DNA of 64,000 nucleotides, taken from NCBI GenBank assembly GCA_963797555.1, contig CAWCPV010000003.1, positions 544,001 to 608,000 of the forward strand. The letters run 5' to 3'. The position numbers and the translations under genes were made by a program. The notes under the pieces were generated by a model. It worked only from the letters and a program-made list of their open reading frames with translations. It was not told where the DNA came from and ran no database searches. Below are positions 51,243 to 63,500 of the stretch, piece by piece. This DNA is from an uncultured Gammaproteobacteria bacterium. Its GTDB lineage: Bacteria; Pseudomonadota; Gammaproteobacteria; CAWCPV01. The first letter of the stretch is position 1. Each line of letters starts with the position of its first letter.

Positions 51243-52910
51243 CTAGGGGATGATCCAATCTGTCTCGGGAACGAGCTGGTCGCTGTCGGGAGCAGCAAAA
51301 CGCACGATGTATCCCCCTTTGACGCGAAGCGCTGATTGGGTCCGAGGCTGAGGCGATGGTACATGGCGGTCGCCAAGCGTTTGCTGATCACGTCCTCGGC
51401 GGTTTCCAGGAGATAATCGCGGTGCAGATTCTCCTGCATTTCGTCGAGCTTTTCCGACATGAGAGCGCAGGCGAGATAGGCATCGGTCTGCACTCGCTCA
51501 TCGACCAGTTGCAAATTCCGTTTCTTGAACCAAGTGGAAATGAACGTATAGGCCATGTTCGCGCGCCGCTTGTCCGGAAGCTCGAACGGATACGCCATCC
51601 GCGCCAGCGCCTTCCAGGCAGGTGGGACCGGTGCCTGCTCTCCTCCTGCGAGGATCGCCGAGAAATAGGCCGCCGCGCCCGCGGCCGGCACCTCCGCCAG
51701 CTTCGCCACATCGGCCCCGCGCAGCCAAAATACCAGGACGTCTCCACTTCCCACATCGGCGATAGCTTGCCGCAGCACGGCCGCGTCGACCGTGTGCAGA
51801 ACCCGTTCTTCGAGCGGGATGACCCGACTTCCGCAGTGCCTTCTCCAGCGCCTGAGCAGCCCCGGCGGCGGCCGGGTCATCGCCGCGGATCTGGACCACC
51901 CGTTTCACGCCCGCGTGCTCACCCCGCTCACTGAGCTGATGTGCGAGTATGTGCGCTTCCAGGATGACCCCTTCGGAGAAGTAGACAGGGTAGTAGTCAG
52001 CCGGCGCGACCACCGGAAGATCCACCGTCGGAAACCAGCACGGAATACCCTGCTTCTCGCAGAATTCATGCACCGGCGCCCAGTCGCCCTGCGACAGGCC
52101 CGAGATCAGTGCGAATACCGGCTGGCGCTGGTAGTGGTCGGCGAGCTGCGCCTCCCACGTCTCGGGCGGACCGCTCAGATCCCACACCTGCAGATCCCAC
52201 GAGCGGTAGGTCTTGTACTGGGAGCCGGGGTAAGGCTGCTCGCGGAGCTTGTCGAGCCGCGTCCCCCTGTTCTTGATATCGAAGAAGGTATGCAGCACAT
52301 CGAGCATGGCCTTGCGCTTGGCCGGGTCAACGTCCGGCGTCATGACCGTGGCGAAGCGAATACTGTCCTCGGTGACGCCGGGCGACCATTGCTTCGAAAG
52401 TTGCTTCAGGTAGTCGACCAGAAGCTGCGCGTCGGAATCGCTCAGCGCGTAACGCGGCATCATCCCGTCCAGAGTGACGCCTGACGAGTCCGTGCCTTCG
52501 CGGATCGCGCGCACCAAGGTCTGGTCCGTATAGGGATCGTGCAAGCGGTTCCGGCCGAGAGCGTGGGCGAAGTCCGGACCGCGGGCGCGGTGCAGGTCCA
52601 TCGGACCGCCCGCGGTTGGCCGAGGCTGATACAGGAACCGACCGGTGATGGGCAGAATAATCCGGGTGCCCTCCACCGTGCCCAGCCCACTGCGGCGATG
52701 GCACAGGACGCACGCCGCGAAAGCGCCCGACACCACGACGCCGCCCGGGTGCGCCCCCCGCAGCGGCTCCCCCGAAGGCAACACGCCTTCGCGGTAGATA
52801 CGCTGGGCCATATACCCTCCCGCGGCGGCCGGGGCTTGAGCAGCAGCCGCACTCCAAGCGGGCGCCGCACAAGCCGTCAGCAGCGCACCGAGCAGCACCC
52901 GCACGAGCAT
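51243..52910 (-). CDS. Cytochrome c plus periplasmic binding protein-like fusion (frameshifted near 51830 and 51315)
   Basis: CVLCH...MPRY, then PVFALISG...FCEKQGIPC, ending LSLGPNQRFASKGGYIVRF...WIIP*. Confidence 0.75.
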
Positions 52911-52968
52911 GGCCGGACCGGTCTGGGAACAGGGTGATGTGCGGTCTTATGTAACGCCGCGTATGCCG

Positions 52969-53610
52969 TCAGTTGGCCGCGAGGAACTGACGAGTTTCCT
53001 TGACCAGCTCGTCAGGCGGCACGAAGCCCTCGAGCCGCACCCAGGGCTTGCCCGGCGCCGCACGCAGAAACGTCACGGCGACGTGGTTCATCTTGTCCGT
53101 GCGGTACACATCGAATGCCTTCTGCAGCGCAACGCTCGCCTTCACCGTTCCGGTATAGAAGCTCCACTGCGGGCCGGCGTGGAACTTCTTCGCGTACTCG
53201 GTGAGCCGCGCCGGGGTGTCCTGCTCCGGGTCGATGGAGATCGAGACCATGCGCACTTTGCTGCCCTCGTCGCCGAGCCGGCTCTGGACTTGGGCGAAGG
53301 TCTGACTCAGGATGGGGCAGACAGCCGTGCAGGTGGTGAAGATGAAGTCGAGGATCACCGGCTTGCCGTCGTCGATCGCCTTGGGAAAGTCGACCTCGGC
53401 CCCGTCCGCCCGCACCAGCGTCACCTCGGGAACCGTGTAGCCGACCGTGGTCCTTTCCCAGGTGTCCGTCGCCGCCGCCGCAGGATGGTGATGGGCGTGC
53501 GGGTCCTGTGCGGTGTCGCCAACCGCAGCCCCCGAGACCGCCAGCGCAACGAGAGCACCCAGCAGCACCCCGCGGCCTGCGGATCGATTCGAGCGATTCG
53601 GCAGCTCCAT
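52969..53610 (-). CDS. SCO family copper chaperone
   Basis: FIFTTCTAVCP, SISIDPEQDTP, conserved His. Confidence 0.92.
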   Translation of the reverse strand: MELPNRSNRSAGRGVLLGALVALAVSGAAVGDTAQDPHAHHHPAAAATDTWERTTVGYTVPEVTLVRADGAEVDFPKAIDDGKPVILDFIFTTCTAVCPILSQTFAQVQSRLGDEGSKVRMVSISIDPEQDTPARLTEYAKKFHAGPQWSFYTGTVKASVALQKAFDVYRTDKMNHVAVTFLRAAPGKPWVRLEGFVPPDELVKETRQFLAAN

Positions 53611-53622
53611 TTCCGTCTCCTG

Positions 53623-55525
53623 CTACTTGATCTTGATCGACAGGGGTTTCGTCGCGACCAGGGGGGGGCTCTGGCTGTGGTCGGTGACTTGGGCCGTGAA
53701 GCTGTAGGTGCCCGCCGTATTAGGCATGGGCACCCCCGTGATCTTTCCGGTCGTGGCGTCGAGGCTGAGCCCGGGCGGCAAGCTGCCCGCGGCCAGCGAC
53801 CACGCGTAGGGCTTTATTCCACCCTTGGCAGCCAACGCCTTGGAGTACGCCGTGCCGACAGTGCCTGCAGCGAGGGTCGAGGTGGTGATTATCAAGGGAT
53901 CGACGACCACCATGATGGAGAGCGGCTGTGTGGCTTTGCTCCCCAGCGTGTCTTTGGCCTGGACCGTGAAGCTGAACACACCGGGCGCCGTCGGCGTGCC
54001 GGAAATGGCGCCCGTCTTCGCGACGAGACTCAGCTTCGCCGGCAGCGTGCCTGAGATACGCGACCACGTGTAAGGGGGGGTGCCGCCGCTCGCCTGCAGT
54101 ATCTGCTTGTAGGCCACGCCCACGTGTGCGTTCGGGAGAGAGGTCGTGAGGATGCTCACGGGCATCGTTCCGGTGATGTCGGCATAGGCCGCGTACACGT
54201 TGATCAGACCGTATCCGTAGTTGTTGTCCGCCCCGGCCGTGCCCAGGTCCGTTGCGGTGCTCTCGAGCTCTTGCTCGAATCTCGCCCACTGTTAGGGTCG
54301 GGGACGCGCTGAGGAGCAGGGCTGCCGCTCCGGCGACGTGGGGCGCGGAGAACGATGTCCCCGAGACCCAGACATACCCTCCGCCTGGTTTCGCGGTCTT
54401 CACGCTCACGCCCGGAGCCACCGTGCTCGGGAACACGCCATTGAAACCGGGGCAGGCCGAAGTCCCTCGGCTGCTGAAGGACGCCACCGTGTTGGTGCTG
54501 TCGACGGCACCGGCCGAGAACCCATCGAGGTTGTTAGCGGGGCTGATGCTCGTCGACAGGTGCGGTCCGGAATTACCGGCGGAGAAGACCACGACGATCC
54601 CTGCAGACCTCAGCGTCTCGAAATCGCTCTGGAACGTGTTGTCGCAGGTGTTCACCCCGCTCAGCCCCCAGGAGGCATTGACGACGTCCGGAGCGTCCGT
54701 CGTGGTCGAATTCCCATCGGGGTCGAGAAGCCACTGGAATGCCTGGTGGATGATACTGAGCGTCGTGTTGCCGGAGTCGTCGAAGATCTTCGCGGCGATC
54801 CACGTCGCGTCCGGCGCCACGCCGATCGCCGTGCCCCCGGCGCTGCCGCCCACCATGACGCCCATCGTCTGTGTGCCGTGACCGATGGCATCATAGGGGG
54901 TCGGGTGAATCTTGTAGATGTCGAACGGGTCGAACCAGCTATCCGTCCCCCCGCGCCACTTGCTCTGCAGGTCCGGATGGGTGAAGTCGACGCCGGTGTC
55001 CATGTTGGCCACGACGACGCCGCCTCCCCCATCCCCGAGACTCCACACGTCGGGGGCATGAATGTCCGTGATGTTCCATTCCGGCGCCGCGGCGGCTGCC
55101 TGAGTCACTACCGGGGCGCTGACCGTCGAGTCCAGCTCGACGCTCTGGACGCCCGGGAACCTCGTCAGTGCACGTATCAGGCCCGGCTTGGCGGCGACCG
55201 CAATGCCGTTGATGATCCAAAGCGGCGTGAACCGTGCCGCCCCCCCTGCCCGCAGCAGCGCCCTGACCGGGCCCTGGGTCGCATCGCTTTTCGCCCGCAT
55301 GGCCTGGGCGATCTGCGCCCCACGCACATGCTTGTCAGGGGCCCGAAACGCCTTCGGGTCCACTCGGTCCGAAAGCGTCACGATGACCGGTATTTCATCA
55401 TTCGGACCGGCGGACTGGAGTGCTTCGGGGAGAGTCTGCGGAGTCGCGGCCTCCTGGGCGACCGAAACGGCGCCGCAAAGCACCAGAAGCAAACACCCGA
55501 CCGACGAAGCGAAAAGTCTTTTCAT
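53623..55525 (-). CDS. S8 serine protease with C-terminal putative Ig repeats (frameshift near 54275)
   Basis: NMDTG, GHGT, SAGN, GTSFSAPH; two GGxxPYxW...G.ISGTP repeats. Confidence 0.88.
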
Positions 55526-55538
55526 GGTCTGGTCCCGC

Positions 55539-56009
55539 TCATTCCACGACGATGTTTTCCAGCTTGCAGTCCCCGATGACCACGGTGACCTTGCTGCCCT
55601 TCTTCACCTTCTCGAGGGCATTGGAAAACAAGATGTAGTACTGCTTGCCGACCACCGGCGGGTTTCTCACGCTCGCCCGCAGCGCGCCGACGTTGGTATC
55701 TTCCGGCGAGCCCAACGCCGACCGCGTTGCCGGGTCGAACAGGTAGGGCTTGATCCGCTGGTCGAAGAGAGGCCGTGCTTTGACGGCGTCGACCACCTGG
55801 TAGCGGAAATCCAGCATGCGGCCGCCGAACGTTGGGCGCAGAGCCACCGGCTTGATTCCCCAGGTGGCCTCGGGCGACGCGGCAGCGGTCTGAGCGGCCG
55901 ATGCCGGAGCCGGAGCCTGTTGCTGTTCCGCGGGGGCGGCCAAAGCCGGCGCCGCCACCGTCAGGGACGCGAGCGCACAAAGACCTACTACGCTCTCGAT
56001 ACGGTTCAT
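55539..56009 (-). CDS. Secreted hypothetical protein
   Basis: Signal peptide; GGRMLDFRYQVVD...YYILFSN...VKKGSKVTVVIG. Confidence 0.75.
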   Translation of the reverse strand: MNRIESVVGLCALASLTVAAPALAAPAEQQQAPAPASAAQTAAASPEATWGIKPVALRPTFGGRMLDFRYQVVDAVKARPLFDQRIKPYLFDPATRSALGSPEDTNVGALRASVRNPPVVGKQYYILFSNALEKVKKGSKVTVVIGDCKLENIVVE

Positions 56010-56116
56010 AGCCAGGACAGTTGGGCGTCTCACGCGGCCTTCGGTTCATCTCCCTCCCCCGGGTGTCGACCCGGGGGAGAAGAGAGTACGATGGCCCCCG
56101 ACGGCGCCGTCTCCGA

Positions 56117-57580
56117 TCAGCTTGCGGTGCCGTGCAAGGCAACGCTCAGGGTCGGCGTGGGGTTGTTGGTGGTGATGTTCAGGTTCGGCCCACCCGTGTT
56201 CCACTTGTTACCGGCCGTGCCACTGGGCGGCGCGAACCTGACGGTGAAGGTCATGCTGCCTCCTCCGGGGGCCAGGGTGGCCGGCAGCGGAACGCTGGTG
56301 GCGGTGACCGAGTACATGTTCCGGAATGCGGTGGTCCCGCCGGCAATCGTGTAGCTGGACACGAGCCCGGGTACCGTACCGGTATTGGTGACCGTCACGA
56401 CGCCTGTGGTGCAACTGCTCGTCGCCAGACAGTTGCGGGCCGAGCTCAGAACGAGCGGGGTCGGGCTCGCCCCCAGAGTCGGTGAAGCGACAGCCAGGTA
56501 CGCGAGCATGCCCCCGGGCGACAGGCCGTTGTTCGTGAGATTCAGGCGCCGGTCGAAGACCGGGATGTTGCCCAGCGCCGTCGGGGTGAGGATGGCATCC
56601 ATGGTCTTGCCCGCCGGCATCAGCACTTCATACTGCTGCTTGGGAGCGGGGACCACCGCGCCCGACGTGTCGATGGCGGACATGAAGTTCCCGTCCTCGG
56701 CAATGAGAGCCATGTCGGGCCCGAGCACCACGGGCGCCTTGGTCTCGAGGCCCGCATTCAGGAAACGCAGCAGCAGCTTGGTGCCGGGTGATCCGCCCGG
56801 CAGGGGCGCCGCGGCCCCCGTGTACGGCTGCCCATTGACGAGAAAATACTTCGGGTGGTAGTCGGACGTGCTCGTCATCGTGCCCGCCGGCCCGTAATCC
56901 CCGGTCGCAACGGCGTTGTGAAGCACCGGGTCGATCTCGCTCAGCAGCAGGGTCGTCTCGCTGTCGAACGCGCTCGACGGGTCGTCGTAGGCCCGCCCTG
57001 GGGTGGTAGGCAATACCTTGAGCACTCCATAGAGCCCCATCTGCTCCTGGACAGCCGGGTGCGTGCCGCTCTCGATCAGGTACGTTCCCGCCTTGAGGTT
57101 GTTGAAGGTGTACGTCGAGCTAACGCCCAGCGCCGTTTCCGTCGTGAAGGACCGCACCCGTTGCGTGGGGCTCGACCTGGGGCCACAGGGGCCAGTGGTC
57201 CAGCAGGGCCAACTGCCCGGCGTCAGAACAGGCGTCTGCCCGGGAATGACGACCGACACAGGCTCAATGTACAGGCCGCTCAGATCGTTCTCGACGTTGA
57301 TATTCAGCGTATCGCCCTCGACCGCCGTCAGGACCACGGGGCCCCATGGGGTTCCGGGGGCAGGCGCGGTGTAGCCGCTGTCGGTCACGTCGAAGCCCCA
57401 CATCGTGATGTCTGCGGGGGGGATGGTGGGCGCAGCCGCATTGTACGTTCCCGCGGGTATCGTGAACACGTCCGCCCTGAGGTACACATCCACCGTGGCG
57501 GCGGCTGCGTCCCCCGCCGCAACGAGCCCGAGGCATGTCGCCGCGGCAAGTCCTGCGCCGATTCTCTTCATGGTATTCAT
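56117..57580 (-). CDS. Two-domain cupredoxin/MCO-like protein C, lacking copper-ligand motifs, with C-terminal Ig-like domain
   Basis: GPVVLTAVEGD, AGTYLIESGTH..QEQMGLYG, LVNG, LLRFLNAG, PAGKTMDA; no HxH or HCH. Confidence 0.75.
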   Translation of the reverse strand: MNTMKRIGAGLAAATCLGLVAAGDAAAATVDVYLRADVFTIPAGTYNAAAPTIPPADITMWGFDVTDSGYTAPAPGTPWGPVVLTAVEGDTLNINVENDLSGLYIEPVSVVIPGQTPVLTPGSWPCWTTGPCGPRSSPTQRVRSFTTETALGVSSTYTFNNLKAGTYLIESGTHPAVQEQMGLYGVLKVLPTTPGRAYDDPSSAFDSETTLLLSEIDPVLHNAVATGDYGPAGTMTSTSDYHPKYFLVNGQPYTGAAAPLPGGSPGTKLLLRFLNAGLETKAPVVLGPDMALIAEDGNFMSAIDTSGAVVPAPKQQYEVLMPAGKTMDAILTPTALGNIPVFDRRLNLTNNGLSPGGMLAYLAVASPTLGASPTPLVLSSARNCLATSSCTTGVVTVTNTGTVPGLVSSYTIAGGTTAFRNMYSVTATSVPLPATLAPGGGSMTFTVRFAPPSGTAGNKWNTGGPNLNITTNNPTPTLSVALHGTAS

Positions 57581-57594
57581 GGCCTGCCTCCGAT

Positions 57595-59163
57595 TCACCA
57601 GATGTGGCATGGATTGGATAGACCGGGGGCGCCCGGACACACGGCGGCTACGCCTTCGATTGGCAGCACGAGGGCCATCGTAGCCATACCACCGATGAAG
57701 ATGTCATTGGTCGTCAGCTCGCGCTCGTTGTGCGAATGCCACATGTACGAGAGCCCGCCCAACGGGTTCTTGTCGACGTGAATGGTTCCGTCCGGATTCA
57801 GGGGCGGAAGGGCCCCGGGAACCCCCAGGTACGGACTGCCGCCATACAACTGGCCGAACGCGAGCGTGCTCTCGTCAGCCAGCTCTACGGGCAGCGGCTT
57901 GTTATGGTCCGCGCACCACTCGTGGCTGGTCAGGTCGAAACCGCTCCCGTCGGGGGTGCAGGTGTGAGGGTTGATGTCCGTGGTGCCGTAAACGTCCCAC
58001 CCGAGCTTGGCTCCGGTCCAGGGTCCCCAGACGGCGTCCACCGTCTCGCCCGGCACCGACGTGGTGGTGTAGTCCGACACGCCCAGATCCGCAACGGCAG
58101 AGGCGCCCGAGGTCAGAACGGCGGTGCTCAACACTCTGCCATCGCGCGCGATGACCACGTGGTTCTGGCCGTGCGTGTGGAGGGGATGCAGGTCGGCCCC
58201 CGCGCCGACCATCCGCATCAGCACCTTCTCTCCCGGGTGCATCTGCGGCCAGCCGTTGTAAGGCTGAGTCGGAAACTGCGAGGCCACCGGGTACAACGTG
58301 CGGTCGGTAGGGTAGCCCGTCTGCAGGCTCGGCGGATTCGGAAAAGTGAGGGTGTCCGGGAAGTTCCGCCCGTTGATGAACCAGTCCGTGGGATGGCGCT
58401 GGGTCATGTCGATCTGCGTGAGCCTCGCTTGGATGGCAGGGACCGTCCTGGGGGACGCCTGGGTCGCGAAAGCCACCTTCTGGTGGATCACCGGGTCGGC
58501 GTCCGACAAGAAGAAGAGATACTCACGGTCGTAGTACGTCGACGCGTCGCCGTACGCCTGGTTCGGAATGACCGTGCAATTGGCCCCCGCGCAGACGCCG
58601 CCCACCGTCGGGCGCACGATGATGGTCCCCGCGAGCCCCATCTCGTCCTGCAGATCCGGTTGCGTCCCGCTGTAGTAGATGTAGGTTCCCGGCTGTGAGG
58701 CCGTGAATCGGTACGTCACGGTGCCGGTGGTGGTGTTCGGGGCGGCCGCGCCTATCTCACCCGTCAGGATGCCCGGGGTGCCCTGGTTGCTGCCCCCGCC
58801 TCCAACGGCCGTGCCCACAGTGGCGTTCAGGCCGGGGAACACGATCAACGTCGGGACCGGCAACTGGTTGCGGAGGTTGATGGTAACGTTCGCACCCTGA
58901 TTGACGATGACCGTCGGCCCCGGGGACTGCATCCGGTTGGGACAGGTCGTCGTGCTCGCGCACAGGGCATAGCCCCACATCCACATGCTGTCGCCGTCGC
59001 CGGTGCTGATGGCGTCGGCCTTGGCCATGAGGTTCACGGTCACGTTACCCGACGTGAGTACGCGGCCGATGATCGTCGCGTCCGCGACCTTCGGGACCAG
59101 GCCCGCGATCATAGGCAGGAGCAGGGCTCCCCACCTCGCGTTCATCTTGAATGACTTGCCCAT
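57595..59163 (-). CDS. Two-domain MCO protein B, copper His motifs only in domain 2
   Basis: PGPTVIVNQG; domain 1 lacks His; domain 2 has HPLHTHG and YMWHSH. Confidence 0.8.
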   Translation of the reverse strand: MGKSFKMNARWGALLLPMIAGLVPKVADATIIGRVLTSGNVTVNLMAKADAISTGDGDSMWMWGYALCASTTTCPNRMQSPGPTVIVNQGANVTINLRNQLPVPTLIVFPGLNATVGTAVGGGGSNQGTPGILTGEIGAAAPNTTTGTVTYRFTASQPGTYIYYSGTQPDLQDEMGLAGTIIVRPTVGGVCAGANCTVIPNQAYGDASTYYDREYLFFLSDADPVIHQKVAFATQASPRTVPAIQARLTQIDMTQRHPTDWFINGRNFPDTLTFPNPPSLQTGYPTDRTLYPVASQFPTQPYNGWPQMHPGEKVLMRMVGAGADLHPLHTHGQNHVVIARDGRVLSTAVLTSGASAVADLGVSDYTTTSVPGETVDAVWGPWTGAKLGWDVYGTTDINPHTCTPDGSGFDLTSHEWCADHNKPLPVELADESTLAFGQLYGGSPYLGVPGALPPLNPDGTIHVDKNPLGGLSYMWHSHNERELTTNDIFIGGMATMALVLPIEGVAAVCPGAPGLSNPCHIW

Positions 59164-59179
59164 AGCGCTCCTCCTCACT

Positions 59180-60596
59180 TCACACTGGTGCTGGCGATAC
59201 GACGATCTCGGTCATCATGCCCCCGAAATCTTCGGCGTCGTTGCTGAGACGGTTGAGATTCGTGGTGTAGATGAAATAGGTCCCCGGTGCGACGCCGGTG
59301 GTGTCGAGCAGCACGTCCACCCCTTCCCCTCCCCCGAGGGTGACGGAGGCTCGTCGCATACGAGGTGTTCACCCCCGTCGGACCGCGCAGGAGCTGCGCG
59401 CCCTGCCCCACGATGCGCATCGGGATGCCCAGAACCCGGAGCGTGGAGAAGTCCACCGTGTTCAGGCTGGACAGATGAATCAGCACGCGCTGACCCGCCG
59501 CGATCGTGGCCGGCTGCCGGGTCCCGGCGACGATGGTCATGGGGATCGCGGGCATCGGCTGGGACGGGTTGCCGTTCTGGTTCATGATCGGGTCCGGGTT
59601 GACCGTGTCCGGATAGCCCCTTCCATTGAGCAGGAGGTAGGTGTCGTCCATATCGCTGAAGCTGATCTTGTTGTAGCTGCCGTCCGCGTTGTGGAAGACC
59701 GGGTCGAAGCCCGTCTCCTGAAGGAAGTACATGACGTTGTACCCGGTGGTGCCGCACAGATTGAGGTTCGGCGTCGGACAGTCGTCATAGGCGAACGTGC
59801 TGTACGTCATGCCGTTTATCACGTCCACGACGAAAGTCCCGTCCTGGGCGGGAAGGATGTACAGATTTCCCAGCATGCCCATCTGCATGTGCTCGGCGGC
59901 CTCCACGTGGCAGTGCCACATGTAGGTGCCGGGGAACTCGTTCCGGTAGAAGTAGGTGAGGCTGCTCCCCAGGTTGATGCCGAAGGACGCCGTCGGCTCG
60001 CCGTCGAACTGGGAGGCGGCGTTCGGGAAGCCGTGGTAATGGACCGTATGAGGGTCGAAGAGATCCGGGCGCTCGCGGAAGCCCGTGTTGGTGAGCGTAA
60101 GGTACAAGTCCTGCCCTTCCTTGGCGAACAGTGTGGGCGCGGAGAAATTGGCGCCTCCCAGCGGATATCCGGACGAATCGGTCGGATTGCCTCGGACCTC
60201 GATCTCGTTTTGCGCGACATTGGTAACGTCGGAGAAGCCGAAGATGTAGATGTCGTTCCCGTCCGCCATGTTGATGTGGCCGTCGCCGCAGGTGATGGCT
60301 CGGCACACCACGGCGGGGTCCGTGGTCGCCCCCGAGGGCTGGCCGGTAACCGGGTCGATCTGCACCTTGCAGTTATCGAAGGCGGGAGCGCCCGGGTCCT
60401 GGCAGTTGGGGTCGGTCGAATTGGATGGGGTCTTGGGGTCGAACGTGCAGACCCCCCCGCATGCGCCGGTATCCGTGTTCTGCGTCAACAGCGGGTCAGG
60501 ACACTGGTACTGGAGGGCCGCACTCACCGGCATCGCCGCAGCGAGCAGCAAGAGGCCGGGCACACCTACCAAGAATCTGTTCCTCTGAATCGTCAT
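59180..60596 (-). CDS. Two-domain MCO protein A, T1 and His motifs only in domain 1 (frameshift near 59350)
   Basis: HTVHYHG and YMWHCHVEAAEHMQMGM; domain 2 has no HxH. Confidence 0.8.
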
Positions 60597-63500
60597 GGTC
60601 TCCTCCTTCGGGTGGTCAGGCCCGCCGTGCCGGCGGGCCTGACTCTCCCGTTGCCTCTGCTGCTAGGGGGTTGGTCGACGTGCCCGTGACCGTCACGGAG
60701 ATGGCCGGCGGTGGCGTCGCTGCTCCGAACGGGTCGATGAGCACTGTCGCAGTCTTCGGACCCGCAAGCACCGCGGTCGTCGGCGCGAAGGTGACGGTGA
60801 CCGTCACGTTCCCTCCCGCCGGGACCGTCCTGTTGATGGGCCCCGAGGTGAACTGGTTGGGGCTCAGTCCAGGTCCCGCCGGTCTCGTCACCGTGAAGGC
60901 CACCGTGCCGCTCGTGTTGTTGTGCACGTTCACCAGCATTGACGTGCACGACGCGGTTGCTGCGCAGTTTCTGGGTATTCGGGAACGCGAGGCTGAGCGG
61001 CGACACGGTCAGGGGCGGACCCGCCATACGGGGCGCCGCCGTCTGGTCCGCACCGATGTCGATCGGCGCAGCCCGCGTGTCCTGGTCGAAGTCGAGGGTC
61101 TGCAGCGGCGGATACTGGATCGCGCCGCCCGCCCTCACCGCGGGCGAGAAAGTATCTCCCGGGATGTGGTGGTGTCGGGCCACGAGACCGTTCGGCGTGA
61201 AGGTGGCCACGACGAAGTTGCCCAGCGCCGCTCCCTTCGACGTCGCCGTATAGGTGTTGAAGTAGCTCTGAGGAACAGCGGATCCGTCCCGGTGAGGTTG
61301 GTCGGGTGGCGGTGGCGCCATCGGCGGCCGTGAGGATGGAGTACGTGGGGCTCATCGTCTACACCGGCTCGCCCCGGTGACCGTACCATGAGATCGCAGT
61401 AAAAGTTCGCGCCGAGCGTCGGCCCAGGCGCCGGGGCCGCGGGACAGTGGTTGTCGCTGCAAGGAGGGCACCTAGGCCATTGTTGGCGGTGGCGCACCAG
61501 TAGAACGAGCGGTTCTGCCAGACAATGTCGTCCACCAGGACCGGGTTGGAGATTCTGACACTTCGGGTGCTGTAGTTGGTAGTGCAACTCGAGCCAGCGC
61601 GATCACGCGAGCTCGGTGCTGTTGAGCCGTGGCCGTGATTCCACCGACCTGCGGTGATCGAGTTCGTCAGTCCGCCGGCAACCTCTGTAGGCGGACATTG
61701 CGCACCCGGCAGTGCCGGGGGCTCCGGGCAAGGGCCACCGAAGGCATCGGAGCTGGTGGCAGTGCTGGCGTTGTTGCGCGACGGTATTGCTGACAGCGAA
61801 TATGTTCACCGTGTCGTCGAACGCCATCCCGCCGCCCTGGTCGGCACTCGAGTTGTTGACGACCATGTTGTTGAAGATCTGGATCTGGTACCACTGGCTC
61901 GGATCGGCCGGATTGTTCGCCACGTCCAGACCGTTGACCTTGAGGGTCCGGATACCGCCGCCGTCGTCCCCGCCCTTGTTGCCCTGGATGAGGTTGCGGT
62001 TGACTACGACCGGGCCGGCGCCGTAGCTCAGCAAATCCGGCGGGACCGGCAAGTCGCCGGCGATGTGGAGCCCGCCTCCTTCGTCGAAGGACTCGTTGGA
62101 AACGAAGATGTTGTCCTGGATCAGGGACGTGTTGCCGGTCGTCGGACTCTTGAGGCTCAGGCCGAAGTGCCCGAGGCCTCCGCCGTACTGGGCCGAGAAG
62201 TTGGCGCAGACCATGTTGTGCGTGACCTGGTAGCCGTCGGAGCCCGCGTACAGCGCCATGCCGCCGCCGCCGCTGAACAGGCTGCCGTTCTTCGAGATGC
62301 GGTTGTGGTCGATGACCAGGTCCGCATTGAAGTTGCTCCCCGTCAGGTTGCCCGCCGTCCCGGCCAGAGCGCCCTCGCCGACGCGGATGCCGCCGCCGAT
62401 GCCGCCCTGGTTGGCGAAGACCTCGTTGTTGCTGATCGTCAGGTTGGGTGCGAAGCCGTTCACCAGGATGCCGCCCCCGGCCTCGGTCGCGCCGGTGATG
62501 GTCAGCCCGTCGATCTGGGCGTGCGCCCCGGGGCTGGAGAAGTCATTGCCGGTCGTGCAGCCGGCGGTGAAATCACATCCCGCCACCAGGATGCCGGCCC
62601 CTTGCTCCAGGGTGAAGTCCGAGGCCTGGCCGGGGACGATGCCGATGGCAGTGCTCGCGATCAAGCTCTGGACGGAGCCCGGATTAGTGAGGTCGCGAAC
62701 TGCCAGTCCTTGAGCGCGAAGTTGCCGAGCGCGGCGGTGCCGTCCAGGATGGTGACGGCGGCGCCGAGCCCCTGCAGGGTGATCGGCTTCCACAAGTTGA
62801 CATTCTCCTGGTAGCGGCCGACGCCCACCATGTTGTCCGGAGTCAGCACAACGATGGCGCCATTTTTCGCGGCGTCGATGGCGGGTTGGACTACCCCGCA
62901 CGCGATGCCGACGCAATTCGCGGCCGGGGGATCGACGACGAGAACGTCACAGGCGCTGCTGTACCCGCCGGGGAGACAGGAGACCGCACCAGCGCTCACC
63001 GCGTGCAGGGTGACCCCCACGGTCGAGGAGAGGCCGTTGTCCGCGGTGACCACCAGCTCGCCCGAGAGGCCGCCGGGGACGGTTGCCGTGATGGCGCCGT
63101 CGGCCCAGCCGGTGACCGCGATCGGCGTGCCGCCGACGGTCACGGTGCCGCTGCCTTGCGCTGCCCCGAACCCATGCCCCGGGACGGCGGTGATGGTGAT
63201 GCCCATACCCGTCGCCGGGATGATCACGTCACTCACCTGCTGGATCTCCGGCGTGCCGGCGACATAACTGCAGTTGACCGGTACGGGGTTCGTCACGAAG
63301 GCCGAAACCGGCAGCACGATGGTGTCGATGAACGTGGTCCGGCCGGGATAGAACTCCCAGTTCTCCCGGATCACTTCCTGGCTGTACGCCGGGTTGAAGA
63401 ACGGGTCGGTGATCCACTGGCCCGGGTCGGAGAGCGGGAGTTCGTGGATCGGACCCGGATCGTTCGGGGCGATGGTGTACATCTGCAGCACCAAGCCGAC

